From: a virus
Lineage: Duplodnaviria; Caudoviricetes
Strand: one strand, 5' to 3'
DNA: 27,602 nucleotides
IMG/VR virus record: IMGVR_UViG_3300046786_000428
Location: 1 to 27,602 of that record
The stretch's first letter is position 1; each line of letters begins with the position of its first letter. The notes under the pieces were generated by a model, which was given only the letters and a program-made list of their open reading frames with translations, searched no databases and was not told the DNA's origin. This document shows, piece after piece, positions 6,899-15,759 of this stretch. The position numbers and the translations under genes were made by a program.

Positions 6899-6922
6899 AG
6901 TTTACGGGAATAGTGGTGTAAG

Positions 6923-7038
6923 TTTGCAATGCCAGAACGCCTGCGGGTGGCGTGACAGTCGGAGAGGACAACACTCGAATCAGACACGCAACTTCCGCAA
7001 GCCTCGTCGGAGCCAGTTGTTGAATAAACGAGGCGCAA
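6923..7038 (+). ncRNA. candidate structured RNA / 5' leader
   Basis: follows TTGAAG(6895-6900)-18 nt-TAAGTT(6919-6924); stems ACGCC/GGCGT (6937-6953), GTC/GAC (6958-6969) and GCCTCGT/ACGAGGC (7001-7034). Confidence 0.35.
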
Positions 7039-7050
7039 TTTCCCACCTAT

Positions 7051-7359
7051 ATGAACCGAGAACTCAAAATACACCTACGCGAACTTAAAGCCAAAATGAA
7101 AACCCGTGACCGTGAAGTTGCGGAACTTGAAGCCAAGGCAAAGAAGGCCTTCCGCGATCACAACAAGGCGATGAAGGCCACAGTGATTCAGCTTGGCAAG
7201 CTCATCCGGCAGTCCGGAAAGGATCGGCAAATGAAAAACTACCAGCTTGCGGCGGAGATTGGTATTGCGGAGGCGGTCCTCTCATTGCTCGCCAACGGCC
7301 TCTACAACATGGGTGACAAATACCTTGCCAAGATTGAGGCTTGGGTTGAAAAACAGTAA
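7051..7359 (+). CDS. coiled-coil + XRE-like HTH protein
   Basis: long N-terminal helix, then LGKLIRQ..MKNYQLAAEIGIAEAVLSLLANGLY. Confidence 0.78.
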   Translation: MNRELKIHLRELKAKMKTRDREVAELEAKAKKAFRDHNKAMKATVIQLGKLIRQSGKDRQMKNYQLAAEIGIAEAVLSLLANGLYNMGDKYLAKIEAWVEKQ

Positions 7360-7364
7360 GGTTT

Positions 7365-7958
7365 ATGAACGAAATGTCCAAATCTCATCCGCTGCGAGTC
7401 CGTCACGGCGATTACTCCTTTATCAAGGGCAATGTGCTCGACATCGGGTGCGGTCCAGACGCCATCAAGCTCGATCCACCATCAACAGTTCGAGGTTGGG
7501 ATTTACCGGATGGCGATGCTCAATACCTTGCCAGCATTGATGATAAGACTTTTGATTGCATTGTCAGCGCCCACTGCCTTGAGCATGTCATGGACCCTGC
7601 AATTGCGCTCCAAAACTGGAGCCGAGTCCTGAAGGAGGGCGGTTACATTTACGCTCTTGTCCCACTTTACTCGGCCTACGAGAAGTTCCGTGACTTTAAG
7701 TTTGGCAGTCCACATGCTGCTCGATTCAACCCGGACCATAAAACCTCTTGGGACATTGTAAGCTGTCAAAAGCCCATCAATCACGAACATTACGACTACA
7801 AGCGTATCGTGGAAATTGGCAAGCAAGCTGGATTGCACCTCGTTGATCTTCGACTTGAACTCGATGGATTTCACTGGGAACAGTGGAAGAATCCAGATTT
7901 CGACTCCACTATGCACGGAGGGTTGGCGCAACTCTGCATCATCTATCAAAAAATCTAA
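7365..7958 (+). CDS. class I SAM-dependent methyltransferase (Methyltransf_11-like)
   Basis: VLDIGCG..GDAQYL..TFDCIVSAHCLEHV.DP..ALQNWSRVLKEGG. Confidence 0.9.
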   Translation: MNEMSKSHPLRVRHGDYSFIKGNVLDIGCGPDAIKLDPPSTVRGWDLPDGDAQYLASIDDKTFDCIVSAHCLEHVMDPAIALQNWSRVLKEGGYIYALVPLYSAYEKFRDFKFGSPHAARFNPDHKTSWDIVSCQKPINHEHYDYKRIVEIGKQAGLHLVDLRLELDGFHWEQWKNPDFDSTMHGGLAQLCIIYQKI

Positions 7959-7960
7959 CC

Positions 7961-9604
7961 ATGACCCTTCCCGTTGTTCTCAACATTGCACCCCACGAAA
8001 AGCGTCAGGCTGAAAAACTGATTCGCTACATCAAAGAACTGGACGGGACGGAGGTGATTATGATGAAGTTTGATGATCCTCCGGGGATGCGTTATCCCGA
8101 GGTGGCGAATTGGGCGTTTAAGCAATGCTGCAAGCAGATGCGTGGCAAGCCTTTCATCTGGATTGAGGCTGATTCCATTCCGCTCAAGGCTGGGTGGGCC
8201 AAGGATTTGACCGAAGAATACGAAAAGGTCGGGAAACCGTATCTCTACGTCAAGACGCTCAATCCGCCGTTCGACAATTACACGGGTATTGGCGTTCAGG
8301 GGCCGGACGCCTACGACCAAGCTCCAGACGGCTTTAAGGAGGGAGGTTTCGATGAATGGATTGTTCGTAACTACGGCGACCTGATTGGTCGAACAGACCT
8401 CATTCAGCACAGTTATGGATTCTACGACAGCAAGGGCGATGCTACGCTGCATGAGTTTCCGCGTGATTTGAGGCTGATCCGAAGCGATGCGGTTATCTTC
8501 CACAAAGACCAGAAGCAGGGTTTAATCGACCACTTGATGCCAAGTTTGAAGAGTGATGACGTGGTAAATGTCTCTACGGTCGGCGATTTGGGCGATGCGG
8601 TTCTGTCTCTAGCAACCCTTAATCACCGTGGCGGGATGTATGACTACTACCTCCGGGATAATGGGGCCACGAAGGGAATCGTTAATCGCGTTCACATCTT
8701 GAAACCGCTGCTGGAAGCGCAGCCTTATATTGGGTCAGTCCGCATCTGGAAACGAGAGGAAATTCAATGGGCATCCGAAGGATTCCGCCCCGGCTGGCAT
8801 AGTAGAGACTCCTCTCTTGCTGGCGCTCACGCATCACATGCCAAAAGTGTTGGGTTTATCAAGGAGATGCCAGACTTCTCAAAGCCTTGGCTGACTGTCG
8901 AGCCTGACAATAAGTTCTCTGGCAGGGTTGTCATCAACCGCAGCCCTCGCTACAATAACGATTCATTCCAATGGGGCAGGGTCGTGAAGTTCTATGGAGA
9001 CAGGCTTTTGTTCATGGGGCTTCCCGAAGAATACGCCGCATTTTGCCAAGCATTTGGCAACGTCCAGTATCTCGTCACCGAAAACATGCTTGAGGCCGCA
9101 AGGGCCATTGCCGCATCCAAGCTATTTATCGGGAATCAAAGCGCCTGTATGACTATTGCGGAGGGATTGAAGCATCCGCGCATCCAAGAAGGCAGCTTGT
9201 GGTGCTGTGACTGCGTTTACCCGAATGCCAGCAACGCGCAGTATGTGTTTGATGGCTCGATGACACTTCCATCATTTGATGGCGATGACAGCCTTGTGAT
9301 CGAATCGCAGTTGCTTGGTTGGAAAAACTACATCCTCAACGAAGTTCCCAACTGCGGACGCGGGCGCTACGGATGGTATTACCAGCACAATGACGTGATG
9401 ATCTGCGAAGGAGCTTTCGAGTTCGCATGGAGGAAGCTACGCAAGATGACGCAATGGGCCGATGAGGTTTGCCAGAAAGCCGTCGTTGATTTCACGGTGG
9501 CCTTGAATCCTCAATGGTTCGAGCGTAAGGTTCGTCTGCCGCAGCTTGACGTTGCCCGTAGGGCGTTGAGGAATGCGGGATACACAGAGCATCCAATTTT
9601 ATGA
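7961..9604 (+). CDS. two-domain glycosyltransferase (GT-A-like N-terminus + GT9/heptosyltransferase-like GT-B C-terminus)
   Basis: N-terminal FIWIEADSIPLKAGW (ExD metal motif)..AVIFH; C-terminal GDLGDAVLS..PLLEAQPYI..MLEAARAIAASKLFIGNQS..IAEGLKHP typical of GT9-like enzymes; ATG 7961 follows the upstream stop. Confidence 0.72.
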   Translation: MTLPVVLNIAPHEKRQAEKLIRYIKELDGTEVIMMKFDDPPGMRYPEVANWAFKQCCKQMRGKPFIWIEADSIPLKAGWAKDLTEEYEKVGKPYLYVKTLNPPFDNYTGIGVQGPDAYDQAPDGFKEGGFDEWIVRNYGDLIGRTDLIQHSYGFYDSKGDATLHEFPRDLRLIRSDAVIFHKDQKQGLIDHLMPSLKSDDVVNVSTVGDLGDAVLSLATLNHRGGMYDYYLRDNGATKGIVNRVHILKPLLEAQPYIGSVRIWKREEIQWASEGFRPGWHSRDSSLAGAHASHAKSVGFIKEMPDFSKPWLTVEPDNKFSGRVVINRSPRYNNDSFQWGRVVKFYGDRLLFMGLPEEYAAFCQAFGNVQYLVTENMLEAARAIAASKLFIGNQSACMTIAEGLKHPRIQEGSLWCCDCVYPNASNAQYVFDGSMTLPSFDGDDSLVIESQLLGWKNYILNEVPNCGRGRYGWYYQHNDVMICEGAFEFAWRKLRKMTQWADEVCQKAVVDFTVALNPQWFERKVRLPQLDVARRALRNAGYTEHPIL

Positions 9605-9798
9605 CTACATACGAACATCAAAACATCGGCATGATCGAATCTCATGCAAAAATGAGAGACGACATACTCAAAGCCATCAGGGATTTTGAGGAAAAAACAA
9701 GATTTATGGTCTGCGACATAGAAATAAGCCGAGGTGGCCGCACTAGCGGCGATGTTATTTATGGAGTCTATCTTCCAATCACGCCAAAGGATCGGTGA
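9601..9798 (+). CDS. hypothetical protein, 65 aa
   Basis: ATGA overlap with the upstream stop; fills the gap. Confidence 0.6.
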   Translation: MTTYEHQNIGMIESHAKMRDDILKAIRDFEEKTRFMVCDIEISRGGRTSGDVIYGVYLPITPKDR

Positions 9799-9853
9799 AA
9801 AACCGTAAGTTTCGCTTGCCAACCTTACAGCCGTGACTACTTAGTCCGGCATA

Positions 9854-10927
9854 ATGATCCTAGCCATCCCCGTATCGAAGTCGGACGTTCATCTACTCGC
9901 CAAAAAGGCGGAACTCATCAAGAAACTTGGCCCGTATCCGCGCCACATTCTTGTGATGGTGCCAGATGAAACGGTTAAGCAGCCCGCAGCGGAAGTTTTC
10001 GCTGAACTCAAGCCGCTTTTCCAAGATGCCCACCTGTTGCCGGTCAGCCTGAATCTCACCGGCTGGCCTGTTGCCGCGAATCGTCACTTCAAGATGACGG
10101 CTGCACAGATTCACGCCACAGGAATCAAGGAGGCGTTCTACTTCTTTGAGTTGGACAACGATCCGATGGTTCAAGGCTGGCTCGACAAGCTCCACGATGA
10201 GTATGTGGAGGCCAACAAGCCCTACATGGGCCATGTCACGCCCACTCGCGGCTTTGAGATGACGCCAGAAGGTCCGCAGCCTGCGCTTGGCGAGGATCAC
10301 ATGGTCGGAACTGGCATTTACCCGCCGAATCTGGCAGCGTATTCGACCAAGCTGACCTCAGTGGACAAGTATGCTCCGTGGAGCCGCCTGCCAATGGAGC
10401 CGTTTGACGTGGCAATGCGCCATGAAATCGCCCCGCACGCTCACAATACGAAGCTGATTCAGCATAATTGGCGCACTCGGAACTACCGCTATGAAGGCGA
10501 TTCCATTGTTTGCGACGACGCGGAAGGCGTTGGACCCAACGAATCCCACAAGAAGCCTTGGAATGGCGTGGCTATCGTCATCCACGGGTGCAAGGACGGC
10601 TCGCTGACCGAACTTCTTCTCAAGAAATCTCCCAAGACTCACCCCATTGATTCCGCCAAGGTTGAGGTGGCTGCGACAGGGGAAAATGCCGCAGGTTCAT
10701 TGACGCCGCTCGCCGCCGACGGTCAACCTAGCGGCGAACCTCCTAAACGCCAGCATCCTACGTTCCTTGGGACGCAGATTGGCAAGCTGGTAGCCGCCAA
10801 ATCGCAGAAGATCGCTGATTTGGCGAAGGCTCTAAGCATCACCAATGAGCAAGTTGAGGCCGAGATTGCCAATACCTCGAATGGTCTGGCGATTTCTGGC
10901 AAGGCGAAATGGGTGAAGAAAGTCTGA
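9854..10927 (+). CDS. GT-A-like glycosyltransferase-related protein with C-terminal HTH-like tail
   Basis: GWPVAANRHF..FYFFELDNDPMVQGWLDKL.DEY....KPYMG..GTGIYP..LIQH..IHG aligns by eye with the N-terminal domain of 7961-9604. Confidence 0.6.
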   Translation: MILAIPVSKSDVHLLAKKAELIKKLGPYPRHILVMVPDETVKQPAAEVFAELKPLFQDAHLLPVSLNLTGWPVAANRHFKMTAAQIHATGIKEAFYFFELDNDPMVQGWLDKLHDEYVEANKPYMGHVTPTRGFEMTPEGPQPALGEDHMVGTGIYPPNLAAYSTKLTSVDKYAPWSRLPMEPFDVAMRHEIAPHAHNTKLIQHNWRTRNYRYEGDSIVCDDAEGVGPNESHKKPWNGVAIVIHGCKDGSLTELLLKKSPKTHPIDSAKVEVAATGENAAGSLTPLAADGQPSGEPPKRQHPTFLGTQIGKLVAAKSQKIADLAKALSITNEQVEAEIANTSNGLAISGKAKWVKKV

Positions 10928-10955
10928 TTTTTAACCAAAACCAACAAAACAAAAT

Positions 10956-11261
10956 ATGGAAAACACGACACCAGACCAACAAGAAGCCTTTGTCTATCAA
11001 ACGAAACAATGGCGCAAAGACCTAGACGAATGCCTCCAGCGCCTTAAGCAAGGCAGCGACAAGGGATACACTGGAGAGCGTGCGCCAGATCATCCCGTGC
11101 GCTCGTCTCGCGAACGCAGCTTGGCCGTGACCAAGATTGAGGAGGCAATCATGTGGCTCGGCATGGACCTCAAAGCACAGAACACACCGAATCCCTACCC
11201 ACACAGCAAAGACCCAACATCACTTGTGATCGATCCAACAGCTGATGGACTGAAAATGTAA
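10956..11261 (+). CDS. Acb2/Tad1-hairpin-like protein (candidate immune-signal sponge)
   Basis: helix..LQRLKQG..SSRERSLAVTKIEEAIMWLG resembles the SRE.S/A.A.T..EEA.MW helix of Tad1-type proteins. Confidence 0.55.
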   Translation: MENTTPDQQEAFVYQTKQWRKDLDECLQRLKQGSDKGYTGERAPDHPVRSSRERSLAVTKIEEAIMWLGMDLKAQNTPNPYPHSKDPTSLVIDPTADGLKM

Positions 11262-11677
11262 TGACAATCACCGAACCAACATCAGGCCGTCACGCCATCC
11301 GACCATCTGAAATCGGATGGGTGTTGGAGCCTCGAACCGGCAATCCCAGCGAAGGCGTCCTGTCTCTCATTGTTGATAATGAGGGCAAGGTGACTGGCGA
11401 TATTGCCCGCACAAACGAGGGTATGCGCGTCAACAAGGCGGCAATTCAGTTCAACGAGGGCTTTATCTCCATGCCAGCCCTTTCAGCCGTGGCGGATGTC
11501 ATCAACGACGCCATCACGAAGCTGACCATGAAGGGATGCTCGCTTTTCTCGCTGGAAGTTGAGCTGACGCCATTGCTTCAGCCTAAGCTGATTTTGACCG
11601 GCGTGGACTCGAATGGGTTTACGGAGGGAGCGGAAAACACCCTTGATTCCCAAGGAAAGGGTGGAACTATCGGCTGA
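11261..11677 (+). CDS. hypothetical protein
   Basis: 138-aa ORF, TAATG coupling to the upstream gene. Confidence 0.7.
   Translation: MTITEPTSGRHAIRPSEIGWVLEPRTGNPSEGVLSLIVDNEGKVTGDIARTNEGMRVNKAAIQFNEGFISMPALSAVADVINDAITKLTMKGCSLFSLEVELTPLLQPKLILTGVDSNGFTEGAENTLDSQGKGGTIG
11643..11670 (+). promoter_or_regulatory. possible promoter for the head operon
   Basis: TTGATT(11643-11648)-16 nt ending in TGG-AACTAT(11665-11670); ATG 11680. Confidence 0.35.
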
Positions 11678-11679
11678 TT

Positions 11680-13947
11680 ATGGAACTTACCACCGCCCTC
11701 AACAATTACGCGCCACCAGTCGTTGATACGCAGGGTGTGCCACTAAAACGCCGCATTCAGTCTGTTGATGGCGCTCGATCCCTTTGGTTCCGTATGCAGC
11801 AGGCGGACCTTGCCAGCAATCAGCAGATGGCAAAGGTGCAAGCAATGGTGGACGGCAGGGAGCCTTACGACCCGGCGATGCTCCAAAAACAGGGCTTGGG
11901 CTACATGTCCAACTTCAATCCGGGCGATGCGAAGAGCTTCCTCGACCAGTCTGTTGCCGCCTTCATGGACCTCATCACCGGCTCTGAAGGCCTGATTGAT
12001 GTCCAGACCAAGTATGGCGACATTTCGGAGCGCCAGAACATTTCCCAGCGGATTTCCCTGCATCTGAGCCGGACAATTCGTAACTGGCCTGAGTTTTTCT
12101 ACCGCTACGCCTTCATTCCGCACTACCGGACTCTGCACGGAACCGGAATTGCCTATTTTCCCGATCCGAATAACTGGCAATGGGACGTAACCAGCCTGAG
12201 TTACCTGAAAATCCCCCGCCAGACACGCACCTGTGAGGACGCGATTCAGTATGCGGCGATGAAGAAACTGGAGCAGCCAGACCAGTTGATGAAATACATC
12301 ACGCTTGGTCAGTATGCCGAGGATGAAGGGTGGAATATCGACGCCTTGAAGCGGGCGATGCAGAATGCCTATCCGCAGATCATCGACCCCTACAACTGGA
12401 TGGACTGGGAGCAGCGTTGGAAGAACAACGACCTCGTTTTGGGCGAGACTGGCCCTACCATCCCGCTGATTTACATGTGGATTCGCGAGAACGACGGCAC
12501 CATCAGCCTGATGATCTTCGCGGAAACGGGCTTGGCGTCCAACGATGGCACCAAGGAGGACTTCTTGTTCTACAAGCAGGGTGTTTACCGCTCGGCACAG
12601 GAGGCTTTCATCTTCTTCACGAAGGGGATCGGCACCAACGCAACCTTTCACGGTGTTCGTGGCCTTGGCGCTGACATGTTCAACGCCATGCAGCAGCTTA
12701 TGCGCCTGCGAAACAAGGCGGTGGACGTGGCGTTCGCCAGCGGTCCTACTTGGCAGGTTGAAAGCGAAGAGGCGGTCGAGAACTTCCGCATCGTTCCCTA
12801 CGGTTTTGGCTTCCTTGCCACACCGGGGGCCACGTTCGTTCAGCAGCAGCCGCCAGACATCAGCCGCTCGCTGGTTCCTGCGCTGGAAATGCTCCAACAG
12901 ACGGTCGGAACGAACATCGGGCAATACACCTCGACCAAGACGCTCGACACCGGACGCGAGATTTCCAAGTTTGAGGCGATGGCCCGTCTGGACCTCAATG
13001 CCCAGCTTTCGGTCACTGAAATCAACCTGTTCATGCAGCCGCTTGACCGCTTGTTTAATCAGGTGGTGCGACGGATGCTTCGGAAAGGCTACGAACGTGG
13101 TGATCCGGGCGGTCAATACGTTTGGGAGTGGTTTGAACGCTGCCTTGAAGATGGCATTCCGATGGAGGCGCTTGAGAAGATCGACCTGCGCTATACCAAG
13201 GCTGCTCGCACCATTGGCTCCGGCTCCCCTGCCGCACGTCGCCTTAGCTACGAGTCCCTGATGGGTCTGTATCCCTACTACGACGACTACGGCAAGCAGC
13301 AGTTGGTGCGTCTCCAGACCGCCTCTGTGGCTGGCTGGGACATCGCTAATCAGCTCACGCAGCCTCCCGGAGCCGAGCAGCGTCCTCCGATTGATGCTGC
13401 GATTGCGGATTCTCAGAACGTGGCGCTGGCTCAAGGATACGACCAGATGATCCTGCCGAACGAGAACAAGCGGGTTCACCTCGAAATCCACATCGGCAAG
13501 CTGTCGGAATACTACCAGCAGTTTGACGAGGCTGGACAGAATCCGGCGCTTTACGCGGAAATCGTGCCTCCGATGGCGAAGATTTTCGACCACGCTGCAC
13601 AGACGCTCGAAAGCTACACCGGCAACGACGCTCCGTTGTTCCGTCAGCAACTTCAGCAGTTCAACGAAATCATCACGAACGGCACCCGCCACTTGCAAAA
13701 GGAAGAGGCGCGTCAGGCTGAAGAACAGGGCCAGCCTCAACAGGACCAAGGGCCGTCTGAAATTGAGAAGATGATGGCGGAATGGCGCATTAAGATGGAT
13801 CAACGCGAAGAAGAGTTCCGCGCCAAGATGCAGCAGCGCCAGCAGGAGGCTGCTCAAAAGATGGCCCTCAAGCAGCAGGATTTCGCCGCTGACCTGTCCC
13901 GAAAATCCGCAATGGCACAACTCCAACGAGCTATTTCACCCACATGA
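11680..13947 (+). CDS. putative portal protein
   Basis: 755 aa; first gene of a portal-small-scaffold-capsid order; Q/E-rich C-terminal coiled coil like podovirus portal barrels. Confidence 0.7.
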   Translation: MELTTALNNYAPPVVDTQGVPLKRRIQSVDGARSLWFRMQQADLASNQQMAKVQAMVDGREPYDPAMLQKQGLGYMSNFNPGDAKSFLDQSVAAFMDLITGSEGLIDVQTKYGDISERQNISQRISLHLSRTIRNWPEFFYRYAFIPHYRTLHGTGIAYFPDPNNWQWDVTSLSYLKIPRQTRTCEDAIQYAAMKKLEQPDQLMKYITLGQYAEDEGWNIDALKRAMQNAYPQIIDPYNWMDWEQRWKNNDLVLGETGPTIPLIYMWIRENDGTISLMIFAETGLASNDGTKEDFLFYKQGVYRSAQEAFIFFTKGIGTNATFHGVRGLGADMFNAMQQLMRLRNKAVDVAFASGPTWQVESEEAVENFRIVPYGFGFLATPGATFVQQQPPDISRSLVPALEMLQQTVGTNIGQYTSTKTLDTGREISKFEAMARLDLNAQLSVTEINLFMQPLDRLFNQVVRRMLRKGYERGDPGGQYVWEWFERCLEDGIPMEALEKIDLRYTKAARTIGSGSPAARRLSYESLMGLYPYYDDYGKQQLVRLQTASVAGWDIANQLTQPPGAEQRPPIDAAIADSQNVALAQGYDQMILPNENKRVHLEIHIGKLSEYYQQFDEAGQNPALYAEIVPPMAKIFDHAAQTLESYTGNDAPLFRQQLQQFNEIITNGTRHLQKEEARQAEEQGQPQQDQGPSEIEKMMAEWRIKMDQREEEFRAKMQQRQQEAAQKMALKQQDFAADLSRKSAMAQLQRAISPT

Positions 13948-14261
13948 CCCTAAAACAACAATGGCTTGAGGACGGCCTCGCGCCACAACTGAAGCAACTC
14001 ATCGAAAGCGACGTTTTCAAACGTGCTGTCGAGGTAATCAAAGAGCACACCGAACCAAGCGACGAGTTTATCAAGATCGTCTATCGCTCACAGCCAGAGC
14101 ACGCCGAGAAGGTAATTGCGGCCACACATCAGGTGATGGCAGGTGAACGACGGGTTTTTCGCATGCTTGCCTCTCTTGCCAATGCCAAACGAGTCGAGAA
14201 TGGCGAACTACCGCCTCCATTCGACCACTACAACGAACAGTATTTTGAACCACGCCAATAA
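13944..14261 (+). CDS. small head-module protein
   Basis: 105-aa helical ORF, ATGA-coupled to the portal, before the scaffold. Confidence 0.7.
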   Translation: MTLKQQWLEDGLAPQLKQLIESDVFKRAVEVIKEHTEPSDEFIKIVYRSQPEHAEKVIAATHQVMAGERRVFRMLASLANAKRVENGELPPPFDHYNEQYFEPRQ

Positions 14262-14267
14262 CACCCT

Positions 14268-15461
14268 ATGACACCAGCACCAGCAGTAGCCGTCCCTGAT
14301 CCAAACATCGCCGTTGATACCGTTCCCGGAGAAGGAAACTTCGACGCCACGGTGATGATGGAGCGTTTCAACGAGTTCACCAAGGCCAAGGAGCCTGAAG
14401 CGAAGGTTGAAGAGCCTGTCAAGGAAGAGGCAAAGGTCGAGGAGCCGACTAAGACCGAGGAAGTCGCCAAGGTTGATGACGGCGAGATTCCAGAGGATTT
14501 TCCCACCAAAAAGCACGCCACACCGGAGGCCATCAAGACTTGGAAATCCATGAAGGATGAGCTTTCCACGCTTCGCTCGGAGCTGTCTGAGCTGAAGGAG
14601 AAGCAGCTTCCAATCAAGGACAAGGAGCTTCAAGAGCGCCTGATTGAAATCGAGGAGGCCAAAAAGAAGCTGGCCGAGTTCGAGGGCAAAGACCTGTCTC
14701 AATACGAAAAGCGCATCAAGGAGTTGGAGGAGAGGGATGCGGAGAATGAGAAGTTCCGCAGCATCCACGATGTCGTGAACTCCCGCGCCTTCCAAGAGGA
14801 GGTGATTCGCCCATCTGAACAGATTGGAGCGGCAGTTGAGGAACTCGCGCAATCCTATGACATCTCGCCGGATGTGTTGAAGGAGGCCATGAAACTCGAA
14901 GACCCAATCGAGCTTCGTAAAAAGCTGCGTGAACTGACCTTTGAGTGGAATCCGATGGATGCGGCTGAGTTGGCAAAACACGCCAAAGACCTTCGTGACA
15001 TCGTGAGCAAGTCGCAATCCATGCTCGACAACGCCGAGAACGCCAAGAAGGAACTCAAGTTCATTGAGGAAACCGAGGCCAAGAAGAAGGCGGAGGCGGA
15101 GGAAATTTCCATCCGGGCCGCGAACGAGGCTGTCGAGAAGCAGATCAACGAGAAGTTCGCCTTCTTGAAGGAGTATCCCGATGTTCTCGAAGCCATGAAA
15201 TCGTCCAAGTTTGAGGACACGCCCGCCAACCGCGCCCTCGCGGCCAAGCTGGCACCGCTCGCCACCAAGCTGAACGATCTTTACACGGCGGAGAAACAGC
15301 GCGTCATGCAGCTTCAGGAGGAGATAAACAAGCGGAATGCCGCCAAGCCGAACGCCAGCACGAACGTCAATCAGCCGGTCAAGGAAGCCGCGCCTGAGCC
15401 GGGAGGGCTTGATTGGGAAAGCTCTTGGAGCCGATTCCAGAATGCTCAGAGGGCATCGTAA
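14268..15461 (+). CDS. putative capsid scaffolding protein
   Basis: E/K-rich, with a low-complexity N-terminus (EAKVEEP repeats) and long coiled coils; immediately upstream of the capsid gene. Confidence 0.72.
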   Translation: MTPAPAVAVPDPNIAVDTVPGEGNFDATVMMERFNEFTKAKEPEAKVEEPVKEEAKVEEPTKTEEVAKVDDGEIPEDFPTKKHATPEAIKTWKSMKDELSTLRSELSELKEKQLPIKDKELQERLIEIEEAKKKLAEFEGKDLSQYEKRIKELEERDAENEKFRSIHDVVNSRAFQEEVIRPSEQIGAAVEELAQSYDISPDVLKEAMKLEDPIELRKKLRELTFEWNPMDAAELAKHAKDLRDIVSKSQSMLDNAENAKKELKFIEETEAKKKAEAEEISIRAANEAVEKQINEKFAFLKEYPDVLEAMKSSKFEDTPANRALAAKLAPLATKLNDLYTAEKQRVMQLQEEINKRNAAKPNASTNVNQPVKEAAPEPGGLDWESSWSRFQNAQRAS

Positions 15462-15479
15462 ACCAAATGGCTACACATC

Positions 15480-15513
15480 AACCCGCATGGAGTAAAATCT
15501 ATGCGGGTTTTTT
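15480..15513 (+). terminator. intrinsic terminator
   Basis: AACCCGCATGGA-GTAAAA-TCTATGCGGGTT then a T-run; TTGACA follows at 15515-15520. Confidence 0.8.
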
Positions 15514-15544
15514 GTTGACATATCAACCATAATAGCCAAAGAGT

Positions 15545-15759
15545 CGGCAACGAGCAGAAAATGCGTTAGTCTCATGTCGTAGGACCGCTCACCCACGGAA
15601 AGAGGCACCAAGAGCTTAAACTCACCGGCAACGGTGTTCATCTTCGCTCGGATGGAAAGCAGAACGAACAGCTACGGCGCGTGCCGATAGCACCTTGTTT
15701 GTTCACAAAAAGCTATCCCTCAAAACACACCTCTCTCCGCCCACAGGGCACCTACCGTT
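15545..15759 (+). ncRNA. structured 5' leader of the major capsid gene
   Basis: CACCG-GCAA-CGGTG (15623-15636, GNRA loop); TTCATC/GATGGA (15637-15656); GAACGAACA-GCTA-CGGC/GCCG-TAGC-TGTTTGTTC (15662-15704). Confidence 0.5.

Noticed and set aside
6931-7038. tRNA gene
   Set aside because: No cloverleaf with a T-loop GTTCRA in a proper arm and no acceptor stem ending in CCA.
11743-13926. 727-aa minus-strand ORF
   Set aside because: Antisense shadow of the portal gene caused by codon bias; no recognisable motifs or expression signals.
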